Source of the DNA: a virus
Lineage: Duplodnaviria > Caudoviricetes
DNA length: 54,000 bases
Reading direction: 5' to 3' (one strand)
IMG/VR virus record: IMGVR_UViG_3300047316_000404
Coordinates: 1-54,000 of that record
The position numbers and the translations under genes are program-made. Each line of letters opens with the position of its first letter. Positions within the stretch are counted from its first letter, which is position 1. The notes beneath the pieces are model-generated. The model searched no databases and was not told the origin of the DNA. It was given only the letters and a program-made list of their open reading frames with translations. This document shows, in pieces, positions 9,550 through 17,619 of the stretch.

Positions 9550-10317
9550 ATGAGCGATGCACAGCAAGGGGACCTAGTCCCGAACTTTCCGCTTTCTTGG
9601 CTGGAGCGGCTCCATTCCGAGAAGGTGCGGCTGGAGAACCGCAACGCCGACGTCTGGGTGCCGATCCTCGAGCGGGCCAAGGGGGTGGTCGATCATGACG
9701 GGATCGAGCGGGTCACGGCGCAGTCGCTGCTCGACATCCTCAAGGTGCCGATGGGCAAGCGCAAGAACGAGCACTACCAGCGGCTGACCAAGATCATGAT
9801 CGAGCTCGGGTGGTCGTCGCACCGGATCCACGGCATAACGGCGGGCGGCTACCGCGAGCAGGTGCATGGCTTCTGCCGCGATGCCCGGCACAAGAAGCCG
9901 CCGACCGCCGACGAGAAAAGACGGGCCGAGCTGGGGGTGCGGCAGGTGCGGCGGCCGAAGATCGGCTGGCCGGCATTCAAGCGGCAAGTCGTGGAATTGG
10001 TCCGCTCCGGGAAGCATCCGGCCGAACTCGCGGATCAATTCGGGATACCGAAACAAACGATCCGCAATTGGGTCGGCCGGCATAACGAGCTCAACCCCGA
10101 GGCGCCGGTGGTCGTGCCGCAACACAAGCGGGGGGCCCCGGTTCGCAATCCCAATCCGTTCAACACCCCGGTCACCCCGGTCACCCCGGTCACCATGGCG
10201 CCAGCCGAGAAGCCGAGGCCGCAACCGCCACCCGAGCCAGCCGCGAAGCCCTCCAAGGCGGCTTCCGCGCCGTTCGAGTTGCCAGACATACCGGCATTCC
10301 TGCGCCGGGAGAAGTAA
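9550..10317 (+). CDS. DNA-binding protein with a transposase-type HTH and a Pro-rich tail
   Basis: FKRQVVELVRSGKHPAELADQFGIPKQTIRNWV (IS3 OrfA-like HTH); C-terminal PDIPAFLRR. Confidence 0.7.
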   Translation: MSDAQQGDLVPNFPLSWLERLHSEKVRLENRNADVWVPILERAKGVVDHDGIERVTAQSLLDILKVPMGKRKNEHYQRLTKIMIELGWSSHRIHGITAGGYREQVHGFCRDARHKKPPTADEKRRAELGVRQVRRPKIGWPAFKRQVVELVRSGKHPAELADQFGIPKQTIRNWVGRHNELNPEAPVVVPQHKRGAPVRNPNPFNTPVTPVTPVTMAPAEKPRPQPPPEPAAKPSKAASAPFELPDIPAFLRREK

Positions 10318-10399
10318 GTCTAGCGCGAGCGGATCACGTCCTTGTCGGCGCGCATGAAGGCGGCGGCCGGTCCGCCGGCCACCGGCAACGTGCCCTATA

Positions 10400-10920
10400 T
10401 CACTGGAGTAATCCATACCTCTCAGCCGGAACATCTCTTGATAGAAATCAGGCGGAAAGGTCGGCAACCACGGCCTGAGTTCTTTAGCTATGAAGGCCTC
10501 AAGAATACGCGCCAAAGCATCCCTTGCTCGATCGCGCTGAAAGCCTGTGGCCTCATCAACTAACGCGATGATGCCAAGCGTCGCAAATCCATGCTGAAGA
10601 AGCGCCGCTCGCTCTGCCAAGTGCTCCGATCTCTTGGTCAGAACACCCCGCCTGCCAGCTTCAATGAGAACGGCGCAAATATCGGGCAGGATTGTCGCTT
10701 CATAGCCGTCCGCCGGCCGGCCGCCATGCGCGGGAATAAATCGAATAGGCGAATTTGCGCGCTCGATTAAGCCTTTGACATTTATGCCCTTTTGTTCAAT
10801 CCCCTCCATCAAAATGGCAATTTTGCGCGCGCCGCCTCTTCCGCCGCCCTCAGACAGACCAAGGCCGCCCTGCAGACCTCGTTGGGAAAGAACCCGTGTT
10901 TCATCCTCTAGGACGTAAAC
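10400..10920 (-). pseudogene. P63C-domain protein fragment, truncated at both ends
   Basis: YVLEDETRVLSQRG...GYEATILPDIC...GIIALVDEATGFQ...FIAKELRPWLPTFPPDFYQEMFRLRG; flanks of the computed ORF do not look like protein. Confidence 0.75.
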
Positions 10921-11197
10921 GTCAGTTCGTCGGCATCGCAGGGGCCGGAACGGAACGGCTCCCCGCATTGACTATTAAGGGGTTGAGCGCATATGTAGCG
11001 CTTCTAAGCACCCCTCGGGAAACCGCCCGCTCGACGGATACGGGGAACCGAGTCTAACTACCCCGGGGACGCTCTTTTGCGTCCCCGAATCATTTTCGGG
11101 GAAGGGTGCTCTCATGACTGCTGCAGCAGCTTCTATTTCCGAGCCCGGCAACCGTCTCAGGGTTCGAATATTTGTTGATTTCAGGGGCGCGATCGGA

Positions 11198-11503
11198 TCA
11201 CTTTTGATCGTGCTGCGCTATAACGGAATTGGCAGACGGCGGCCCTAGCCGATCCTCCAGGCTCTTGATCCATTTCGCGTCATCGATGCAGGTTTGGCAG
11301 TGATCGAATGGGCAGCCGGCGAAGTGCCAAAGGCGGCGCAAATCGGCCCGCAGTTGCTCGATCTCGGCCTCGCGGTTGCCGATCAGCGCGTGCAACAGCG
11401 CGTTGGCCTTCAGCAGGTCATCGCGTTCGGCCGCCAAGCAGATTGGGCACATTCCATCTGCGACCGCTGCCTCAGATTCCCAATGTGCGTGCCTGCATGG
11501 CAT
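11198..11503 (-). CDS. Hypothetical protein (CxxC motifs, coiled-coil)
   Basis: CPIC and CQTC motifs; part of the leftward small-gene chain. Confidence 0.5.
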   Translation of the reverse strand: MPCRHAHWESEAAVADGMCPICLAAERDDLLKANALLHALIGNREAEIEQLRADLRRLWHFAGCPFDHCQTCIDDAKWIKSLEDRLGPPSANSVIAQHDQK

Positions 11504-11508
11504 TTGAT

Positions 11509-11766
11509 TCAACCCAAATGAACTCTGGCGCACGGCGCCCAGCACCGATCGACGATCTTTCCGGTCGGGTCGAGCAACCTAACTTCGCCCTGTCGTAAGT
11601 CGCGCTTGATCTTATCGAAGACGGGCCGGACTGACGCTTCGTCCGGTCCTACGGCGCGAACCTTGCGGGTATCAGAATAGCGCCCGCCGTGACGATCGAC
11701 GATCCATGGCCCGCCGCTAACGAGTTCAACTTCCGAGAGGTCGTCCTCGTATTTCATTTTGGTCAT
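11509..11766 (-). CDS. Hypothetical protein
   Basis: ATGA overlap with the upstream gene. Confidence 0.55.
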   Translation of the reverse strand: MTKMKYEDDLSEVELVSGGPWIVDRHGGRYSDTRKVRAVGPDEASVRPVFDKIKRDLRQGEVRLLDPTGKIVDRCWAPCARVHLG

Positions 11767-11978
11767 CCAAACAGTTTGACAATCGTGGCACCGAGCGCGA
11801 CGCCGGCCGCCAACAGCGCGGCGCCGGCGGTCATGCCGGCGAATGCGACTTGCCACGGCGCATGCCGCATTTCCTGATGTCGGCGATCGGATTCGGCAAA
11901 GTTGCGATGGATCTCCGTCAGCATCTTGTCGATGCGAACGGTTTGCTCGCGCGCGTCAATCGGATCGATGTCTGCCAT
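11763..11978 (-). CDS. Small protein with C-terminal transmembrane helix
   Basis: AGAGGA ribosome-binding site; hydrophobic C-terminus. Confidence 0.65.
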   Translation of the reverse strand: MADIDPIDAREQTVRIDKMLTEIHRNFAESDRRHQEMRHAPWQVAFAGMTAGAALLAAGVALGATIVKLFG

Positions 11979-11996
11979 TTGGTCCTCTTGGCGCTT

Positions 11997-12197
11997 TCAA
12001 GCAAACATCTTGAACAGGATTGCGCTTGTCATCGCCATGTTGGTGCCGACCATCCATTTCAAGACCGTCAGATCGGTTTCGATCTTGCCGGCCCGATTTT
12101 CATAGCCGGCGGCCTCTTCGGCAGCGGCGCGCGCGATCTCCTCCGGCACGTCGCCGGCCCGCAATGCAGCGTAGAGTTTTGCCATCATGACGGTCAT
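11997..12197 (-). CDS. Coiled-coil membrane-anchored protein (DUF1640/CCDC90-like)
   Basis: KLYAALRAGDVPEEIARAAAE...DLTVLKWMVG. Confidence 0.6.
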   Translation of the reverse strand: MTVMMAKLYAALRAGDVPEEIARAAAEEAAGYENRAGKIETDLTVLKWMVGTNMAMTSAILFKMFA

Positions 12198-12222
12198 TCG
12201 AGCTAGTGCTCCTTGGCGCTGC

Positions 12223-12516
12223 TCATTGGGCAATCCTGAATTGGTCCCAAGGATCGTTCCTGGGCGGGCAACCAATCCCCAGGAACGCGACCGTACACTT
12301 GGCCCGCCATGCCGCTTCGCGTTGCGCGGCGTTGTCCTTGACAAACTGGATTTGCGCCTCGAGGTTGGCAACGTGCTTGTCGTTGGCAGCGTTGACGAAT
12401 TCTATCTGCGCTTCCAGATTGGCGATTTGTTTCTGCTCGGCTGGCGTCAGATCGCCGGCATGGGCGGGTGCCAGCGTGCCGCACAGCACGGCGGTAATTA
12501 TTACAAGTCGTCGCAT
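12223..12516 (-). CDS. Secreted hypothetical protein
   Basis: Signal peptide ending AHA; internal duplication ANLEAQI(E/Q)FV; GAGGA ribosome-binding site. Confidence 0.65.
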   Translation of the reverse strand: MRRLVIITAVLCGTLAPAHAGDLTPAEQKQIANLEAQIEFVNAANDKHVANLEAQIQFVKDNAAQREAAWRAKCTVAFLGIGCPPRNDPWDQFRIAQ

Positions 12517-12749
12517 TGGATTGTCCTCGCTTGTTTGATGGGCGCCCGCCAAGGCCGCCCTGGTTCCGGTAATATTGCCCAGAGCGCCATATGGCGCAAG
12601 AGCGGCGGCCTCTGTTAATGTTTAATCATTCCGTCCGCCGGGCCGGCTGCTTCGGTCCTCGCGGCAGCCAAGGGACACCTGGGTGTCCCGGATGCCCGCG
12701 GAAGGATAGGGCCGGCCGGGACGCCAATCCCGCCGGCCCGCCCCGCCGT

Positions 12750-13064
12750 TTACCAGACTTGCCACCAATTTTTGTCGGATACGGGTGGCTTCAGGCAATC
12801 CGCTATCGATGGCTTGGCAACGCGCTCGACGTAATCGGCCGGAAGTTTTCCGTTTGCGATGAAATACGCGCCGTCCTCCATCGTGCTCCTGTTGGCGGCA
12901 GCGAGGACGTAACAACTGCAATAAGCGTTGTTGTTATTCATTCCCGCCAAACAAGTTGCCATTGCCTCCTTTATAAAGGCGAGCGTGTTCGCCTGGTCCA
13001 GCGGTGTCGCATGCGCCGCAACAGGCAACAATAACGTGCTCGCAAGCAATAATCGTTTCATCAT
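12750..13064 (-). CDS. Secreted Cys-containing hypothetical protein
   Basis: MKRLLLASTLLLPVAAHA signal peptide, YCSC motif, GAGGA ribosome-binding site. Confidence 0.7.
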   Translation of the reverse strand: MMKRLLLASTLLLPVAAHATPLDQANTLAFIKEAMATCLAGMNNNNAYCSCYVLAAANRSTMEDGAYFIANGKLPADYVERVAKPSIADCLKPPVSDKNWWQVW

Positions 13065-13112
13065 GGTCGTTTGTCCTCGCTTGTGTGCCGCGCCATGCGG
13101 CGAGTCGGAACT

Positions 13113-13167
13113 GGACTCATCAGGCGCCGCGTCACGGCGCGACGGGGGTTAGTTCCCCGTTTCATCC
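13113..13167 (-). ncRNA. Type II hammerhead ribozyme (HH1)
   Basis: Minus strand: ggau GAAA cgggg-aacuaac-ccccg UC gcgccg-ugacg-cggcgc CUGAUGA gucc; complete core, GUC triplet. Confidence 0.85.
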
Positions 13168-13343
13168 TTGTGGCTGCGGGCCTCCAGCCAGGCCCGCTCG
13201 AGTCGCGCGATCATGAGGGCGGCGCGCTGGCATAGGTCTGCGGTGGCGGAAGAGCGTCCCGGGTGCGCCTCGGTCAGCTCGCGCGAGATGGCCTCAACCT
13301 CGGCCTGCGTCGGCGGTGTGCTATGGTCGTCGTCTGGCGACAT
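13149..13343 (-). CDS. Hypothetical protein
   Basis: GAGGA ribosome-binding site; stop codon lies in the HH1 stem III loop. Confidence 0.55.
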   Translation of the reverse strand: MSPDDDHSTPPTQAEVEAISRELTEAHPGRSSATADLCQRAALMIARLERAWLEARSHKDETGN

Positions 13344-13488
13344 GGCGTCATTCCTCGTTGGTGGGTTGCTGGAACATTTCGACAATCAGATCAAGATTGG
13401 CCTGTAGCGCGTCATCGGAGAACAGGCCAATGTCGCCACTGTCCTCGCATTTTGGGCGCCCGCCAAGGCGCCGGGTTGGTGGTTATCT

Positions 13489-13547
13489 GGACTCGTCAGG
13501 GCCGGCGATACCGGCCGACCGGGCACAACAAGCGCCCGGTTTCGTCC
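13489..13547 (-). ncRNA. Type II hammerhead ribozyme (HH2)
   Basis: Minus strand: ggac GAAA ccgggcgc-uuguu-gugcccgg UC ggccgg-uaucg-ccggcc CUGACGA gucc. Confidence 0.9.
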
Positions 13548-14009
13548 TTATGCCGCCGATCGATTGCGATCTATCCCCCAGGGCGCGGTCTCGTAATCGG
13601 GAAGCCCATTAATCGCCCGCGACCGGATTGCCGCTATAATCCGGTGCGCGACCGTCTGCCGATAATCGTCGGTCTCGCAAGCCTGATAGTCGAAACAGTC
13701 GCAATTTTTGATGACCCAGACGCAGCGCTTCATGTGCCCCATATGGACGAATGGCTCAAAATACCGGAACGTATAGCCGCTCGCGTCCTCGCCGATCTTG
13801 CCCGGCATGTTGCCAGGGCCGCAATCCGGGTAACGATGGCAGACCGACCGTTCGTTCTCGGCCAATAGTACGCGGCCGATATCAGTCCAATCAAACAATT
13901 CAGCCTTACTCGGCTGAATGTAATAGCCGAACTGGTCTTTCATCCGTTTATCCTTAGCGAACGAAAGTAGCGCGTCGATATGGTCGTGGGAAACTACGAA
14001 AGCGGACAT
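13548..14009 (-). CDS. Hypothetical phage protein
   Basis: MSAFVVSHDHIDALL...IGRVLLAENERSV...CFDYQACE; ribosome-binding site present. Confidence 0.75.
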   Translation of the reverse strand: MSAFVVSHDHIDALLSFAKDKRMKDQFGYYIQPSKAELFDWTDIGRVLLAENERSVCHRYPDCGPGNMPGKIGEDASGYTFRYFEPFVHMGHMKRCVWVIKNCDCFDYQACETDDYRQTVAHRIIAAIRSRAINGLPDYETAPWGIDRNRSAA

Positions 14010-14094
14010 TTGCATTGTCCTCGCTATGTCGACTCTCGCCAAAGAGGCCGGCCTGATCGCCGATCATGGGCACCGAAATGCCCATGGGCTGCAA

Positions 14095-14301
14095 TCAGAT
14101 CGTCAGCTCTGGGTAATGCACTGTCCATGCATATGGAGACGCTGGCGAACAAGCTACTACATCCCATTGCGGAACAAGATCAGGATGCGCCTTGCAGAAT
14201 GCGCAGCTGCAGCCGCCTTCGATTGGTCTACGCAGATCACCAGGAAGTGGCATGAATAGCGTATCACCCCGTTTGGTTACTCTCGTGCCGTTGAAATGCA
14301 T
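14095..14301 (-). CDS. Small Cys-rich hypothetical protein
   Basis: GCSCAFC motif; GAGGA ribosome-binding site. Confidence 0.6.
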   Translation of the reverse strand: MHFNGTRVTKRGDTLFMPLPGDLRRPIEGGCSCAFCKAHPDLVPQWDVVACSPASPYAWTVHYPELTI

Positions 14302-14357
14302 TTGATCGTCCTCGCATGTTGTCGGACACTCGCCAAAGCGCCCGGTTCGTTGTGTCT

Positions 14358-14409
14358 GGTCTCATCAGTGACGGCATTACCGCCAGACGGGCAAAAGCCC
14401 GTTTCGACC
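14358..14409 (-). ncRNA. Type II hammerhead ribozyme (HH3)
   Basis: Minus strand: gguc GAAA cgggc-uuuu-gcccg UC uggcgg-uaaug-ccguca CUGAUGA gacc. Confidence 0.9.
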
Positions 14410-14595
14410 TTAACGCAGAACGTCATCAACAAATTTCGCCTTGCGAATATCATCCTCCTTGGCTATGCGCGCCGCCTCCAAAGCTTCTTTTTTGGTTTCA
14501 TATCCAACATAGGAAACTTCATAGCCTTCGCTATCAATTACCCACCAAAAGCCATCGCGCTTCATGGGAGCGTAGGTCTGATAAATGCGGGTCAT
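14410..14595 (-). CDS. Small hypothetical protein
   Basis: GAGGA ribosome-binding site; first gene after an AT-rich promoter-like tract. Confidence 0.6.
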   Translation of the reverse strand: MTRIYQTYAPMKRDGFWWVIDSEGYEVSYVGYETKKEALEAARIAKEDDIRKAKFVDDVLR

Positions 14596-15025
14596 TTGTT
14601 TGATCCTCGCTTTGCGCCCAAGCCATTCGGGCTTGCAATCAACAACCTATCAAACAAATACAAAAAGAAAACCGTAAAGAACCAGAAAGATCCACACAAA
14701 TCCGCACACGAGCGCGAAAGTTTGTTGCGTCCGCCATGTGCCATTTAGGAAACAAAGAGAGGGGGCTCTCGATTTGTGCCATGGCGCGCCCGAGCCGGGA
14801 AAAGGTCGCTCCATCTGGTAGTTTTAGTGCCATATGGTCTATTTAGTGCCATGATGGAGCGTTTCCAATCCGGCACACCCATCAGGATACCTTTAGGCCG
14901 GTGCGCACAGCACGCGTGAGGGCCGCGAGCGCCTAAGCCGCTGATATCATTACGTTGTGGTAGTGGGGTACGCTGGGATCGATGTTTGGAGCATAGTTCC
15001 AGACCATCTACGACCAGCGGCGAGG

Positions 15026-15355
15026 TCAATCTCCCCCGTCTTTAACGGGAGTTTTCCGGACGAATGCTCCAGGGGCGACTTCCTTGCCCCGAGCGCCGTG
15101 AAATGGATTTGTCCCCATCCTATACGGCCATAACGGGCAGTGGACAGCCGTGCAGCGCCGGACCTCGGATTGCTGGTAGCAGCAGCAGTCCAGACATTTC
15201 GCCCGGATAACCGCCATGATCGAGCGCTTTTGATGCGCTTGCCTTAGGACTTCGGGCGCCAGGTCGTCCGGATGCCGGCCTTCCGTCGAACCGTCCGGAT
15301 GCCGGACAATGAAGGATTCTGATAACGAATTCGGTGCAATATCGTCGATGGGCAT
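15026..15355 (-). CDS. Zn-binding hypothetical phage protein
   Basis: IRAKCLDCC...EVRRC...CPLWPYRMG motif; GAGG ribosome-binding site. Confidence 0.7.
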   Translation of the reverse strand: MPIDDIAPNSLSESFIVRHPDGSTEGRHPDDLAPEVLRQAHQKRSIMAVIRAKCLDCCCYQQSEVRRCTAVHCPLWPYRMGTNPFHGARGKEVAPGAFVRKTPVKDGGD

Positions 15356-15714
15356 GGTGGCCTCTTATCCAGGTTGCTGTGCCAAGTGGCCGGGCGGTGA
15401 CGCAATCACCGTCCGGCTGCGCCTATCGTAGCACAGCTCGCGCCCGCGAACATCCTCACACCCTCCCGCGTAATTTTGTTGCGTCAAGCTACAGTTCTCC
15501 GCGCACCTCGCCCCCATCCGCCCCCCCCGGTACGCCCCCCCCGGACCCCCCCGGTAGGCTGGCCAGGCCACCCCCATCGATCTTCTATATCAGTGCCCCC
15601 CGCATATCTGTCCGCTGTTTTCCCATTTCAACCGTTAGTATAGAATTCGGCTATGGTTCGCCTTGTTGGTTTTAGAACTTCGATTTTGGGTTTCCCTTAT
15701 ATAGGACTAGACCT

Positions 15715-15926
15715 TGTCCTGTCCCAATACCGCGCTCCCCTGCCGGGTATGGATTCCGGCGTGGGCGTTGGGACAAGAGTTGTCCCAGGCTTTTTTGTTG
15801 TCTGGGAATGGGTTGATTGATTTTGGGACAACTGGGACAAAAGCCATTGTCCCAGGCGTAAAAAAAGCGTAAAAAACCTGAAAAGTTTGCTTGGTATTGG
15901 GACACAACCTGTCCCAGATTGTGACA
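15715..15926. repeat. Cluster of TGTCCC/GGGACA iteron-like repeats, putative replication origin
   Basis: Eight exact copies in both orientations (15720, 15770, 15781, 15825, 15834, 15848, 15899, 15910) in an AT-richer non-coding tract downstream of the helicase. Confidence 0.7.
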
Positions 15927-16200
15927 GCCAGAATGGAGGTTGATTTTGGGGCTTTGGCGGGCTTGAGGCGAGGCGCCGAGCCAGCGGCGCTGCCGGGAGG
16001 GTAGGCACCTCCCGGCGCGATGAGCGGCCGTGCCGTGCCCGCCGAATGGGGAGAAACCGCGATGCTATGGATCGCGATTTCTATAGCCATCAGAAAGCAC
16101 CGCGCGAGGCTGGCTATCCGAGTGCGGTGGTTCTGATGTAAAGCCGGAGGGGCGGGCTGGACCCCACCCCTCCACCCCGAAATCTAGGGCGACCGGCCCT

Positions 16201-17619
16201 TTAGAACAAGTTCTTTTGGCCACCGGTATTCTGCTGCCGGTTGAAGCGGAGGACGGCCTGGCGGGCGGCGTCTTTGCCTTCGTCGGTGAGGTGCCACTTA
16301 TTACGGAGCTTGGTTGTTAATTTAGGCTTCTTCTTTTCGAGGTCATTGACGAGGCGTTCGACCTTTTTCCGGTAGGCTTCGCCGCTTTCGGAGACCCATC
16401 CGAGATCGCTTGCCCAGTTGGCGAATGATCCGCCGTGGTCGGCGGGCATGTTGAGCATGGCGGTGAGGACGCGGTCTTCGTCCTCCTCGGCCTTGTCGGA
16501 GTGCTGTTCTTCCTCGCGCTGGGAGATGGGGACGGCGCGCACGGTGGTGATTTGCCTACCTTTTTGGTCGACGAGGGCTGGGGATTTGATGGGCTCGAGC
16601 TTGAAGGACATGGCCTGGAAGCCGGGGCCGCGGATTTTGTTGTAGTGGAGCTCGACCACGTCGTCGGTGGTTCTGGCGAGGGTGAGGTTACCGTCCATTT
16701 CGGCGAGGTATGCGCCGCCGCCGCGTGGGAGTAGTTGGGAAGGGTCGGTGACGTATTTGATGGGGTGGCACAGCACGAGGACGCAGGGTTGGCCTGGCAA
16801 CGTCGTGAGCCTTCGCAGCGTGCGGGCGTAGGCGCCCATCTGGGTATTGCTGAGTTCCTCGTTGCCCAAAAAATACGCCGCGCTGGTATCGACGATGATG
16901 AGGCTGAATTCGCCCACGACCTTGCCGTCGGCCTCGATTGTGGGCCACATCTGCTCGATGTCGAAGACGCCGGGGAGGAAGTAGATGGTGTCCTTGTCGG
17001 GGTTGTCGTTTCGGAAGCTGTTGGCGCCGATGACGCGCATGCGGATATCGTCGGGGTTTTCGCCGACGAAGTAGAGGACGCGGCCTTTTTCGAGGCGGTG
17101 GGAACCGAACATGGCGTTGCGGTCGAGGCAGGCGACGCGCTCGGCGAGGTGGAGGGCGACGGCGGTCTTGGCGTGGCCGGTCTGGCCGGTCAGGGCGTAG
17201 ATGAAGCGGCGTTGGAGGATGCCTTCGACCAGGTAGTCGGGCGGGATGAAGCCCATGATGAATTCGGCCTGGCTGAGGACTTTGCGGGGCGCGGCCGCGG
17301 TCCTGGGGCCGGAGGGTTTGCCCTTGGCGGGGCCGTTGCTGCCTGGTGGGGGCGGCCGCTGGACCCCGGCGAAAGCGGCCGCGATGCGGGTCTGCAGGGC
17401 GTCCTCGCCCAGGTGGGCGACCAGGCCGTGGGCCTGCGCCATCTCGTAGAGGGCATCGATCGCCGTGGCCATGGGGAGGCCGCCCGCGACGTAGCCGGCG
17501 GCGTCCTTGGCAGCCTCGTCGAAGGCCTTGGCGCAGGCCTCGACGTCGCCCTCGCCCAGGCTGGCGAGCACCGCCCGCCAGTTCGCCAAACCTTCCCGGA
17601 AGCGATCGTCGATGGTCAT
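16201..17619 (-). CDS. AAA_25/RepA-family (SF4-like) replicative helicase
   Basis: PPDYLVEGIL, Walker A variant GQTGHAKT, Walker B LIIVDT, VLVLCHP, PRGGGA. Confidence 0.85.
   Translation of the reverse strand: MTIDDRFREGLANWRAVLASLGEGDVEACAKAFDEAAKDAAGYVAGGLPMATAIDALYEMAQAHGLVAHLGEDALQTRIAAAFAGVQRPPPPGSNGPAKGKPSGPRTAAAPRKVLSQAEFIMGFIPPDYLVEGILQRRFIYALTGQTGHAKTAVALHLAERVACLDRNAMFGSHRLEKGRVLYFVGENPDDIRMRVIGANSFRNDNPDKDTIYFLPGVFDIEQMWPTIEADGKVVGEFSLIIVDTSAAYFLGNEELSNTQMGAYARTLRRLTTLPGQPCVLVLCHPIKYVTDPSQLLPRGGGAYLAEMDGNLTLARTTDDVVELHYNKIRGPGFQAMSFKLEPIKSPALVDQKGRQITTVRAVPISQREEEQHSDKAEEDEDRVLTAMLNMPADHGGSFANWASDLGWVSESGEAYRKKVERLVNDLEKKKPKLTTKLRNKWHLTDEGKDAARQAVLRFNRQQNTGGQKNLF

Noticed and set aside
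9550-10317. IS3-family insertion sequence
   Set aside because: Only an HTH is present; no DDE OrfB or terminal inverted repeats were seen
9574-10968. Intact 464-aa P63C protein
   Set aside because: Only about 10400-10920 resembles P63C; the rest is antisense shadow of 9550-10317
12630-12748. HDV-like ribozyme call
   Set aside because: I could not fit the nested P1/P2/P3/P1.1 topology on either strand; kept only as an unassigned structure
15356-16200. ORFs across the putative origin region
   Set aside because: No coding-like composition or motifs; dominated by repeats and homopolymer runs
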